DNA of 64,000 bases. Origin: a virus. Lineage: Duplodnaviria > Heunggongvirae > Uroviricota > Caudoviricetes. Position 1 is the first letter of the stretch. Each line of letters starts with the position of its first letter. The notes below the pieces were generated by a model. That model was given only the letters and a program-made list of their open reading frames with translations. It did no database searches and was not told the DNA's origin. Shown one piece after another: positions 46,922 to 55,392 of the stretch. Made by a program: the position numbers and the translations under genes. The DNA lies in IMG/VR virus record IMGVR_UViG_3300009702_000014, positions 126,445 through 190,444 of that record; one strand, 5' to 3'.

Positions 46922-48835
46922 TTAGGCCAAGTTGTAGAGAAGTCGGTTAGTAACCGGAATGAAGTCCACCTCGGTTACTGGCTGGAAGTCAAATGTAATA
47001 GCGTAAACTGTCAAATCATTATTTGGTGTAACAACGATGTTGGCATACGCGACAAGAACACCCTCGGAAACTAGTTGTCCTAGCAATGCTTCCGTGTAGC
47101 TCTTGATGCGGGCAGCGGTTTCAGGGCCGCGTGAGGTTGCGCCAATGAAATTCTCTTCCAAATTCTTGTAGAGAAAGGTGTTCATGTAGTCGACAATACG
47201 ACGGGTCATGAATAGCTGTAGGCCACGACTCGGTGCGCCAGTGAAGCTGGTGTAGTTGTTGGCAGCAATGTACTCCAAAGCCCCTGTCGAAGTACGGCGC
47301 TTCTTGACGAAATCCCATGCGCGGGTATACAGCTCGTCACGCTGAGCCTGAGTGAAGGAGAACTCTAGGCCATCCGTGAATATTCCAGCTAGCTGAGCGA
47401 AGGTCAAAGAGGTTGCTACGCTGCGGGCAGCCTGAGCACCTACAACAAATGAAGCTAGCATCTCTCCGCCGTAATCTTCTACGCTGCTACTAAAGGCGGT
47501 GCTCTTAAAGCCCCCGGCCCATAGCTGGACTCTATCACTGTTGATAACCCCACTAATGTCTTGTGTTGCATCAAGGAAGTCAGCCGCCGTCTTATTAGCG
47601 GTATCGCCCTTTAGGTAATATGGCATACCCGTAATCATGCTACGGAACATACGATTTGGAATATTTGACAAAGTATTAATGTGGGCAAGGAACAAAGGCA
47701 TCAAGGCCTTATAGAACCCGTACCTCTCGGTCCAAGTTGTCGAGTTCGTGCTGGCCCCTGTGTAATTAAACAGATAGGCAGGTTGAATAAAGTTAACCTC
47801 TTCGCTTTCAAAAAGAGCTAGAGAAGTAACCCAAGAGTCAGTCATAACCGTAGAACCGGACGTATCCCAACTCATTAGACCACCATTGTAATATCCGGTA
47901 CCATCGTCCCCATTTGTACCACCTGATAGGGAGATATAAGCGTGTTCGATAATATCGTCGGCTGTAGTTGCATCGTAGACGTAACCAGCAGTTAGTAGTT
48001 GCGTCATGGTCGGGTTTGTATCATTTAGCGTAACGAGGTTGGAACTTGTCATACCAAGCCCACCGTTGTTAATTACGGCCTCGATAAGAGCGAGCGGGTA
48101 AGAATTGGTACCTGTTCCATAAGGGAAGGGCCCAAGTAGGGATTCGCTGGTGGACTTTAGGTTATCTACCTGCTGAATGAAATCCGCCTGCGTAGCATTT
48201 CCGTATCCCCATGTATTCGGGATTTCACGAATTTCACCAGTTAGATTATTGTATAGAACGTAGTAATCTGTGGTGTTATTGTTGTAATAACGGTATGCGG
48301 TTGCTCCTGTGCTGTCTGTATAAACAGGATTAGGAATATAAGCCGAGAAGATGTAGCTTTCACGAATATCATTGCCGCTGGCATCAATATACTTCACATC
48401 AATTTCAAGAGTATCATCATCTGTAGGTACAGTGCCCTGGGTGTTTAGGGTAACGGCAACCTGGATATTATTGCCAAGAGTACCGTAATCCTTAGCTGAC
48501 CAAGAGTAGCTCTGGCTGGTTGCACCGCTAATATTAATGGCAAGCAGCTTAGATTGTGTAGCTGTACCTGTGCGAACACAGATAAGTTGATTAGCCCCAC
48601 CGACATAAGCGGCGAGACCGTGGCGGACAAGTGGGCCGTCACCGAAGGTATCGACCAATTGCGTGTAACTAGTGATGGTTACTGCCTGATTTAGCGGCCC
48701 CTTTTCTGCGAGACCAATCATACCGATGATGTTTGAGGCAACACCATTAATATCAGTAAGGCCGCTCAAGTCAGTACGGATATAAGCTCCGAACTGCTTA
48801 ATCAGATAACCGCCTAGACTAATCTGTTTTGCCAT
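46922..48835 (-). CDS. Tail sheath protein
   Basis: GMIGLAEKGPLNQAVTITSY..L...FGDG, GTLGNNIQV, LSGGTNG, FQPVTEVDFI. Confidence 0.95.
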   Translation of the reverse strand: MAKQISLGGYLIKQFGAYIRTDLSGLTDINGVASNIIGMIGLAEKGPLNQAVTITSYTQLVDTFGDGPLVRHGLAAYVGGANQLICVRTGTATQSKLLAINISGATSQSYSWSAKDYGTLGNNIQVAVTLNTQGTVPTDDDTLEIDVKYIDASGNDIRESYIFSAYIPNPVYTDSTGATAYRYYNNNTTDYYVLYNNLTGEIREIPNTWGYGNATQADFIQQVDNLKSTSESLLGPFPYGTGTNSYPLALIEAVINNGGLGMTSSNLVTLNDTNPTMTQLLTAGYVYDATTADDIIEHAYISLSGGTNGDDGTGYYNGGLMSWDTSGSTVMTDSWVTSLALFESEEVNFIQPAYLFNYTGASTNSTTWTERYGFYKALMPLFLAHINTLSNIPNRMFRSMITGMPYYLKGDTANKTAADFLDATQDISGVINSDRVQLWAGGFKSTAFSSSVEDYGGEMLASFVVGAQAARSVATSLTFAQLAGIFTDGLEFSFTQAQRDELYTRAWDFVKKRRTSTGALEYIAANNYTSFTGAPSRGLQLFMTRRIVDYMNTFLYKNLEENFIGATSRGPETAARIKSYTEALLGQLVSEGVLVAYANIVVTPNNDLTVYAITFDFQPVTEVDFIPVTNRLLYNLA

Positions 48836-48866
48836 TTAGTTTTCCTCCAAAATACCAATCATGAAG

Positions 48867-49520
48867 CTATATTTGTATATTATCAACAAGAGTTTCTGTT
48901 AAACTTACTTTGTATTGCTGGTAGGTTTCCCCGGACGTATCATTAAAGAATGGAGCCATGACGGAATAAACGAGAGTGCCTATGTACACTGGACCATCTA
49001 TATACAAATCATGGTTAGTACCTTCGTAGGCGCGAATAAATCGAATGGCAAACAATTCTCTTAAATAGTAGAAGGGGAACTCTAACGTTCCATCATATAC
49101 GTCTTGCTCTAATTCTAGCATCCAGAGCTTGATTAATTCCACTATATTATCTCTGTCTTTAGAATCTGTACTCCAGACAGAGAGTTCCATAGTGTACTGG
49201 TCTACCCATCCCAAATTCAAAGACTCATGGATAGGGGTTGTCGTTCCAACATCGGCTAAATTAATCTCCCCGTCCACAGTATTGCCTATGCCATACATCT
49301 GTACAGTGTTGTTAAGCTTCTTAACTACGATACGCCGCTTGATGGGTATAGTGTCCCTCTGGTCTTTCTCAAACGTTTCTCTGGAAGGATAGTCGGTACT
49401 AATGTCAAACGGCACACGTAACAGTCCCAATTCTTCTATTTTGAAATTTAGCCCCGCAATAATGATATCTTTGGGATTACGAGAGTCAATAACTGGTAAT
49501 GTTTTGCCAATAGTAGCCAT
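48867..49520 (-). CDS. Tail completion/terminator protein
   Basis: Position before the sheath; MELSVWSTDSKDRD. Confidence 0.6.
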   Translation of the reverse strand: MATIGKTLPVIDSRNPKDIIIAGLNFKIEELGLLRVPFDISTDYPSRETFEKDQRDTIPIKRRIVVKKLNNTVQMYGIGNTVDGEINLADVGTTTPIHESLNLGWVDQYTMELSVWSTDSKDRDNIVELIKLWMLELEQDVYDGTLEFPFYYLRELFAIRFIRAYEGTNHDLYIDGPVYIGTLVYSVMAPFFNDTSGETYQQYKVSLTETLVDNIQI

Positions 49521-49531
49521 AAAGCTTCCTT

Positions 49532-49560
49532 ATTTTATCAAAATGTAAAGAACTAAGCAA
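49532..49560 (-). promoter_or_regulatory. sigma70-type promoter
   Basis: TTGCTT-N17-TAAAAT with TG extension. Confidence 0.55.
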
Positions 49561-49990
49561 ATAGCCGTTGTATGAAATTTCTTATCTGTTTCGCTCGCAC
49601 ATGGACTTTATTTAAGAAATAGTTTTGTTTAACATTCTCAGGAATGCTCTTGTCCTCTCTAAGCTTAACCTCTGCGGAATAGCTGAGGGCACTCTCTGTC
49701 AGCATCATCTCATCAATTTCATCATACCCCGTGTCTGGGTGTAGCAAATTAAAGGCTTCGTCAACAGGAACCACATGACTACGACAATGAGGATGAAATA
49801 GGTTGGTATGAAAATTACCTGTTGTCCAGATAGCTGTGGTTAATGTTTCTTCGGTGTAGGTGTACTTACGCCCTCCCACGTCCACAGTAAAAGGAAATGT
49901 GAGGCCACCCTCACGTAAAGCTTTTGCTTCGATGGCCTCACAAACTGGACTAGAATTTTCGTCCTTCATTCGGACAATCATCCATCTCAT
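49553..49990 (-). CDS. Head-morphogenesis (gpF/gp7-like) Zn-motif protein
   Basis: W.....DE...PVC...FHPHCRS. Confidence 0.55.
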   Translation of the reverse strand: MRWMIVRMKDENSSPVCEAIEAKALREGGLTFPFTVDVGGRKYTYTEETLTTAIWTTGNFHTNLFHPHCRSHVVPVDEAFNLLHPDTGYDEIDEMMLTESALSYSAEVKLREDKSIPENVKQNYFLNKVHVRAKQIRNFIQRLFA

Positions 49991-50105
49991 TTTCGAATTC
50001 CTCGGGAAAATCTCTCTTGGCCTGGGCTAAACGAAACGCGGCCATACGTTCTTCATACTCTTCAATTTGCTGTAGTGCGGAGTCAATAGCCTCTTGAATT
50101 GTCAT
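49950..50105 (-). CDS. Unannotated 51-aa ORF
   Basis: GGAGG SD, TAATG coupling; MTIQEAIDSALQQIEEYEERMAAFRLAQAKRDFPEEFENEMDDCPNEGRKF. Confidence 0.6.
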   Translation of the reverse strand: MTIQEAIDSALQQIEEYEERMAAFRLAQAKRDFPEEFENEMDDCPNEGRKF

Positions 50106-50608
50106 TAATAGTTTCCTCCAACTTCTATAATCTGGTAGATTGTGTTGGAATTGATTGTCGGCTTCTGAGGGTCTTGTACAGCATACAGAGTTTCTGTAAC
50201 TTCTCTCGTTCCGTCAGGATTGCAACAGCGTCCGAGTACTTCGAATTTATCACGAAGAAGTCTGCGAGAATTGTCGCTGAGGCGTTCTTTCAACATGTGC
50301 AAATCCAGATTTCGGGGAACAGAAAAAGTCTTGTTGCCTTTAAAGAAACCACCGGAACCATCCGGGTACCATTTGTTTGTATTGTCTGTGTAGATGGCTT
50401 TGAATTGTATCGGGCTCTTGTAGATAGACCCACGTCCTCCACAGACAGGACATTCAATCCAAGGTGCGCCTCGGTTTTCATCATAGCAGGGAGAGCCATC
50501 ATCACGTACATTTGGGCACATGATAGGCTCATACCAGAGTACATCAGTCCCTCCCATCCCTAGGGCTGCGTCTGCAACCATGTTAGAAATTGGTGCTAAG
50601 TCAAACAT
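50105..50608 (-). CDS. Head-closure/neck protein with Zn knuckle
   Basis: DVLWYEPIMCP...CPVCGGRG, as in SPO1/Twort-type neck proteins. Confidence 0.6.
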   Translation of the reverse strand: MFDLAPISNMVADAALGMGGTDVLWYEPIMCPNVRDDGSPCYDENRGAPWIECPVCGGRGSIYKSPIQFKAIYTDNTNKWYPDGSGGFFKGNKTFSVPRNLDLHMLKERLSDNSRRLLRDKFEVLGRCCNPDGTREVTETLYAVQDPQKPTINSNTIYQIIEVGGNY

Positions 50609-50624
50609 ATAGTTAATTATACCA

Positions 50625-52199
50625 TCAAACCTTAGAAAAGGTCCATTTTTTAGTTCCGGGACCCCAAATCTGATAGAAACCGTGTTTCTCGGCTATTTCC
50701 CTGGCCGTCAATTCCGAATCTCCGTATTTCTCGATTAGTTTATGTCGTTGGAATTGGTTTCTGGAGTACAAGTTAATCGTATCAGTATAATGCAAAGTGT
50801 ATCTGTTTACCTTGTCGAGAGTAAAACCTAATGTTTTATAAACTTCTCCGCTGCTATACCTATTAGCAGAGAAAGAGATTAAGGTGTCGTGGGATTTTAG
50901 AAAATCCTTTATTATTTTTCCAGCCCCGCCAACTACTATTAATCCCCGCTTAGAGGCTAATCTGTCAAGGTGGTTTCCTGTAAACCCTCCAACAGCGACA
51001 AGATTCCCATTGTAGAGGAGTCCTTTCTTTATCTTAGAATTTATTGCACCTTGCAGATGGTTTTCTGTAAGGAAGGATTTATACGTAGTGCTGTCAATAT
51101 TTACCAGATTACATTTCCTCGCATAGATTCTATCAGTGAGCCGGTTTAATTTAGCTAGAATCATATCCTGGACCAGTTCAATGTTGTCTCGGATTTCATA
51201 ATCCCAGAATTGCAAAAGTTTTATTCCAGCATTTTCTGCGGCCTTAAATTTATCATAATGATACCCTCTTTCCTTGAAAATGGTACTATGATAATAAAGT
51301 CCATTTATTTCTATAGCTAATTTATTCTTGGGGATATATATGTCCAATTCCTTTGGATATATCATAGACCGGTCATTAACTTTGTATTCAACATCTATAC
51401 TGTCAAGAAAGTTTATAATCCTTTGGTGGGGCGTGGAAACATTGCAGGCTGGACACCCCAGCTTATCATATAAATGCCTTACCACGCTTCTTTGGAACCA
51501 CCCGTGTTGGGCGCACTTTATATCCAATAGTTGTCTATTGTTGCGATATATAAAGGGTTTATATTCATAATTAGGAAAGAGCTTCTTGCCTTCTTGGATT
51601 ATGATATTAGAGTTCAACACTCTCTTTGTCTTATTACAGTCCGGGCAACCATATCCTTGCAAATGGTTTAGTGGTTGTTTAATAAAGTCCCCATGCTCGG
51701 GGCATGTAATTATGACATTTTCCTTGTTGTTAATGTATTGGGTTTTAGAGTAGTCGTACTTCTTGCCATGTATTTTTCTGGCTTCTTTAATAAACTCTTT
51801 TGTATCCCTTTTTACATTGCCCGCGCATAGGGGACATCCTACCCCTTGTAGATGGTGCGCCGGTGTTTGTTCGAAAGGCCCATGTTCATTACAGATTATT
51901 GTAACTTTATTTTGGCTGCCTAGATAATCTACACGGCTGTAGTCATATTTAGAATGGTGTACCTCTTTTGCTTTATCAACAAACTGCTGGGTTGTTTTTT
52001 GCCCGCGCCCAGCATAGGAACATTTTGGGCATCCCTGTCCTTGGAGATGCTTTGCTGGGGTTTGGTAAAAGGAACCATGTTCCTTGCAAATTATTTCTAC
52101 TTTTGTTTGTGAATTCTTATATGAAACTTTTGAGTAGTCATATTTGGTCCCGTGTTTATGGTCGGCAGCCGAAATAAAAGATGAGGTATCATATTGCAT
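50625..52199 (-). CDS. Hef-like endonuclease: 4 Zn repeats + nuclease + GNAT-like domain
   Basis: Four C..HG...H..GC..C repeats; ELDIYIP...AIEINGLYYH; LISFSANRYSSGEVYKTLGF. Confidence 0.82.
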   Translation of the reverse strand: MQYDTSSFISAADHKHGTKYDYSKVSYKNSQTKVEIICKEHGSFYQTPAKHLQGQGCPKCSYAGRGQKTTQQFVDKAKEVHHSKYDYSRVDYLGSQNKVTIICNEHGPFEQTPAHHLQGVGCPLCAGNVKRDTKEFIKEARKIHGKKYDYSKTQYINNKENVIITCPEHGDFIKQPLNHLQGYGCPDCNKTKRVLNSNIIIQEGKKLFPNYEYKPFIYRNNRQLLDIKCAQHGWFQRSVVRHLYDKLGCPACNVSTPHQRIINFLDSIDVEYKVNDRSMIYPKELDIYIPKNKLAIEINGLYYHSTIFKERGYHYDKFKAAENAGIKLLQFWDYEIRDNIELVQDMILAKLNRLTDRIYARKCNLVNIDSTTYKSFLTENHLQGAINSKIKKGLLYNGNLVAVGGFTGNHLDRLASKRGLIVVGGAGKIIKDFLKSHDTLISFSANRYSSGEVYKTLGFTLDKVNRYTLHYTDTINLYSRNQFQRHKLIEKYGDSELTAREIAEKHGFYQIWGPGTKKWTFSKV

Positions 52200-52204
52200 A
52201 CCTC

Positions 52205-52233
52205 ATTATATACGAGAAGAAGAATTGTGTCAA
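52205..52233 (-). promoter_or_regulatory. Consensus promoter, leaderless
   Basis: TTGACA-N17-TATAAT-N5-ATG(52199). Confidence 0.85.
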
Positions 52234-52238
52234 CCGGA

Positions 52239-53276
52239 TTAATACCCTGTAAGGAGTACCATATTGTAGCCCCGCAACAGGTCCTCCGCCTCTCTGCGGT
52301 ATCTGTCCATCACATCGGCATAAAGTCCTTTTCCAAATGCCGCACTGAAGCCCTGTACACTAAAATTCATCATACCTTTGGTGTAGGATATGTTGATTAA
52401 TTCAAACGCTTTAATAGCCGAAAAAAGAGCCACAGCATCCTGTAGGGAGGGTGGGATTTCTTTAAATCCATACTCATAATCCACATGAATGATTTGAGGC
52501 ATACTCGGAACAACTAGGCCATAACCCGAGGACGCAATTAAGTTATTTGGCCCTGTAGCACTAATCTTAGCCTGTGCTGGGAAAAGGATAACTGCGCCCT
52601 CTTTTTCATACAAAAAGTACTCATTAGGAGCATATGTACGATTAAGGTAAGGAATACCAAGGCCCTGTGGGTCTTGAATTTCCAAAGCAAGTTTATGAAT
52701 CTTGGTCACATAACGTTCATAGAATTTAATGTAACTTCTGCCCTTACCGTCGATTCTCTCTTCATTTTCGATTTTATTAGGTACGTAGAGCACCTGTTGG
52801 CTGAATGTTGTCCGTTGGTCGGTTGTTAACAAGTCCCACGGTAATGTTCCTGGAGTATACAGTGCCGAGTCATTGTTATATTGAGCCTGCTGGGTTGTAG
52901 TCAAATCTGTCCATAGGGGATAATCCCTCGCCGTAGGGGTAAGGAAGGAATTCAAACCACCACTTCCGTAGGTAACTCTATCCTTATAAACATCCTCAGG
53001 GCTTTTAGCTAGATTTGTTTTACGGCGGGGGTAAAGCGCAAGCTTAATTTCATTTTCTATACGAGTGACACTACGTTGAATAGCCCTAATGAGTGTAGAA
53101 CGAAATCCGGGAATAGAACTAGGGCCTGTTACACAGCTAGCGGAGGCTGGCAATGTACCACTATTAGGAATAGGAGTGGAACTCATCATCGGAGCCCCAA
53201 ACATTCTATCCTCTGTTGCTTCAATTAGAAGTTGTAACTCCTTCCCTTGAACACCAGGGCCTCTGGCATATTCCAT
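52239..53276 (-). CDS. Head-tail adaptor / neck protein
   Basis: IHVDYEYGFKEIPPSLQDAV..., FSVQGFS. Confidence 0.7.
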   Translation of the reverse strand: MEYARGPGVQGKELQLLIEATEDRMFGAPMMSSTPIPNSGTLPASASCVTGPSSIPGFRSTLIRAIQRSVTRIENEIKLALYPRRKTNLAKSPEDVYKDRVTYGSGGLNSFLTPTARDYPLWTDLTTTQQAQYNNDSALYTPGTLPWDLLTTDQRTTFSQQVLYVPNKIENEERIDGKGRSYIKFYERYVTKIHKLALEIQDPQGLGIPYLNRTYAPNEYFLYEKEGAVILFPAQAKISATGPNNLIASSGYGLVVPSMPQIIHVDYEYGFKEIPPSLQDAVALFSAIKAFELINISYTKGMMNFSVQGFSAAFGKGLYADVMDRYRREAEDLLRGYNMVLLTGY

Positions 53277-53288
53277 ACTGTACCCCTA

Positions 53289-53726
53289 TTAAAGACCGAA
53301 TTCGTCTCTATACTTTTTCAATGTAGTAGTGGTTGTTCCGTAGTAATCAGCAACCGCAGACCAAGTACCCTTTTCTTCATAAAGGGCTGCAATTTCATCT
53401 TTTGTAGCGTCTTCAATAGACGCCTGTGTTTCTTCAGCTTCTGGTGCAACCTGTTCCTCATCGGAAGTTTCTTCTGGTTCTTCTTTCTGCTCAGGTGCTT
53501 CGACAGATGCAACTACAGGCGTCGGGTCCGCATGACGAATAATTCTGCCAATGTAATCCAAACGCTTAGCAAGGTCAGCAACGTATTGGTCTACGCGCTT
53601 TGCAATGCCATCCTCAAAGACAACAAGTTGACCGCCAATGTTTTTAATTTGTCTCCCTGTGCGGGCGAAGCGCTTTTCTAAATGTAGACTAAAATATTCC
53701 TCAGCCATATGTTTTCTCCTTTTCAT
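53289..53726 (-). CDS. Hypothetical protein with C-terminal HTH
   Basis: TWSAVADYYGTTTTTLKKYRDEFGL. Likely start is ATG at 53708. Confidence 0.6.
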   Translation of the reverse strand: MKRRKHMAEEYFSLHLEKRFARTGRQIKNIGGQLVVFEDGIAKRVDQYVADLAKRLDYIGRIIRHADPTPVVASVEAPEQKEEPEETSDEEQVAPEAEETQASIEDATKDEIAALYEEKGTWSAVADYYGTTTTTLKKYRDEFGL

Positions 53727-53781
53727 AAAAAAGTTCAGGAACTTCTTTTGCTAATGTTTTGTGTGTGTGTTTATGCGACAT
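53701..53781 (-). CDS. Possible 26-aa leader ORF
   Basis: MSHKHTHKTLAKEVPELFYEKEKTYG; overlaps the next start by 8 nt; weak SD. Confidence 0.3.
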   Translation of the reverse strand: MSHKHTHKTLAKEVPELFYEKEKTYG

Positions 53782-53817
53782 ACTCTCGCTTTTCAAAAAT
53801 AAAGGATACTACACTAC

Positions 53818-53846
53818 AGTATAGCATCCTTTCACGAGTTTATCAA
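53818..53846 (-). promoter_or_regulatory. sigma70-type promoter
   Basis: TTGATA-N17-TATACT with TG. Confidence 0.75.
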
Positions 53847-53851
53847 ATTGT

Positions 53852-54043
53852 TTAAGCAGTCTGCAAGGCCAATACAATATCACTAGCCGTAGCTGTAGTA
53901 TTATCTAGGGTGTCAACTGCGTCTTGGATACGGCTCTGACGAAGAACGAAGTTAACAACAGTGTCGTCGGCCTTACCACGGTTAGGACTTGCGAGTGCAG
54001 TATAAAGCACCTGTAGTGCAATGGAGTCTGATTCTAAAGCCAT
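53852..54043 (-). CDS. Small capsid-associated (head fibre/decoration-like) protein
   Basis: AGGAGG SD; TATASDIVLALQTA tail; lies in the capsid region. Confidence 0.5.
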   Translation of the reverse strand: MALESDSIALQVLYTALASPNRGKADDTVVNFVLRQSRIQDAVDTLDNTTATASDIVLALQTA

Positions 54044-54101
54044 TTCTTTTTCCTCCTAGGAAATTATTAGTTGGGGGATTAACCTTGTAGTCTTATTCCT
54101 A

Positions 54102-54130
54102 ATTATAGCATTCAATTGTGGTAAATCCAA
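54102..54130 (-). promoter_or_regulatory. Promoter overlapping the 3' end of the endonuclease gene
   Basis: TTGGAT-N17-TATAAT with TG. Confidence 0.65.
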
Positions 54131-55308
54131 GTCTTTGTGCCAGCATCATATACTTGAAGAGCCCCTTCTTGGCTCGCAAGTTGTCGTTCAGTGTAATTTT
54201 CTGGATTCTGTATGTCAAGACGACTCGCAATTTTGTATTTCATAAACCCATTTCGGTTTTTAAGCTTATTTTTATGGTAATAGAATAGTGAGGTTTTATT
54301 TTCTCTCTCAAGTGTAAATCCATTTTTCACATATACGTCACCATGACTATATCGGTTGAAAGAATAGGAAATAATGGGTTTGTCTTTGGGAATACGTTTG
54401 AAAAGCTTTGAAAATCCCCCTACGACTATATACCCACGCTCTGTACAAAACCTATCCAACTCCCGGTGTTCACCATAGTCCGTTACACCCATTACCGCTA
54501 TAAGACGGTCCTGAAAAAGCAAACCCAGCTTAATACCTGAGGTACGCGGGCCTTCTAAATGGTGTTTTTGAAGAAAGTCTTTATATTGTAAACTATCTAC
54601 TAACACCACTTTAGTATTGCGAGCATACACTTTGTGCTTCACTAGTTGAAGTCTTTGCAATATCATGGAAGATACTAAATCGAAATTATCCTGTATCTCA
54701 AAGTCCCAAAATTGCAATAAGGAAATACCACGGTTTTCACAAAGTTTATACTTATCATAATGATAATACTTATCCTCAAGCTTGTCAAGGGTATGATAGA
54801 ACACGCCGTTAATCTCTATGGCGAGGGAATGCTCGGGAAAATAAATATCTAGCTCTTTCCCATCTAGTAGGGTACGGTTGTTGACCTCATAGGGTATCTT
54901 TAGGTTGTCCAAAAAAGTTATGAGTTTTCTATGTGGGGCAGACACATTGCACTTCGGGCATCCTTGCATTTTCTTCGAAATATGCATGTGAGGAGTTTGC
55001 CAGAATTCTCCGTGTTTGGGACAAATGATACATACTTTTGTTTTAACCCCCTTATACTCTACCTTCGAATAGTCATAAAAGTCCCCATGTATACTCTGTG
55101 CTTGCTTGACGAAGGAGTCAAAGGTATGTTTCCACCTTTTTGTGATACCGAGAAGATGAGCAATATGCTTGACTTTCTGTGGTTTAATCTGTAAATGCTC
55201 CGCTATCTCACTAACTGATTCCCCTCGTTCATAGGCAGAAATGATATAGTTGTCGTATAGCTTTTTCCGTTGCAGTACGTCTTTCCTCATATACAAACAG
55301 TATACCAT
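54112..55308 (-). CDS. Hef-like endonuclease: HTH + 1 Zn repeat + nuclease + GNAT-like domain
   Basis: GESVSEIAEHLQI HTH; ELDIYFP...AIEINGVFYH; ELDRFC...IISYSFNRYSHGDVY. Likely start is ATG at 55290. Confidence 0.82.
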   Translation of the reverse strand: MVYCLYMRKDVLQRKKLYDNYIISAYERGESVSEIAEHLQIKPQKVKHIAHLLGITKRWKHTFDSFVKQAQSIHGDFYDYSKVEYKGVKTKVCIICPKHGEFWQTPHMHISKKMQGCPKCNVSAPHRKLITFLDNLKIPYEVNNRTLLDGKELDIYFPEHSLAIEINGVFYHTLDKLEDKYYHYDKYKLCENRGISLLQFWDFEIQDNFDLVSSMILQRLQLVKHKVYARNTKVVLVDSLQYKDFLQKHHLEGPRTSGIKLGLLFQDRLIAVMGVTDYGEHRELDRFCTERGYIVVGGFSKLFKRIPKDKPIISYSFNRYSHGDVYVKNGFTLERENKTSLFYYHKNKLKNRNGFMKYKIASRLDIQNPENYTERQLASQEGALQVYDAGTKTWIYHN

Positions 55309-55327
55309 AGAGATACATGAAAGTAAA
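55299..55327 (-). promoter_or_regulatory. Promoter, (near-)leaderless
   Basis: TTTACT-N17-TATACT (TG extension)-N8-ATG(55290). Confidence 0.65.
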
Positions 55328-55343
55328 CTCTGGCGCCAAGTAC

Positions 55344-55371
55344 AAAAAGAAGAGGCCGCATAAACGGCCTC
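55344..55371 (-). terminator. Intrinsic terminator after the capsid gene
   Basis: GAGGCCG-tttatg-CGGCCTC-TTCTTTTT. Confidence 0.9.
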
Positions 55372-55392
55372 AACTTTTAGCTTTTAATTAGC

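Noticed and set aside
53755-53772. (CA)n microsatellite as a phase-variation tract
   Set aside because: Only about five units, too short for frequent slippage.
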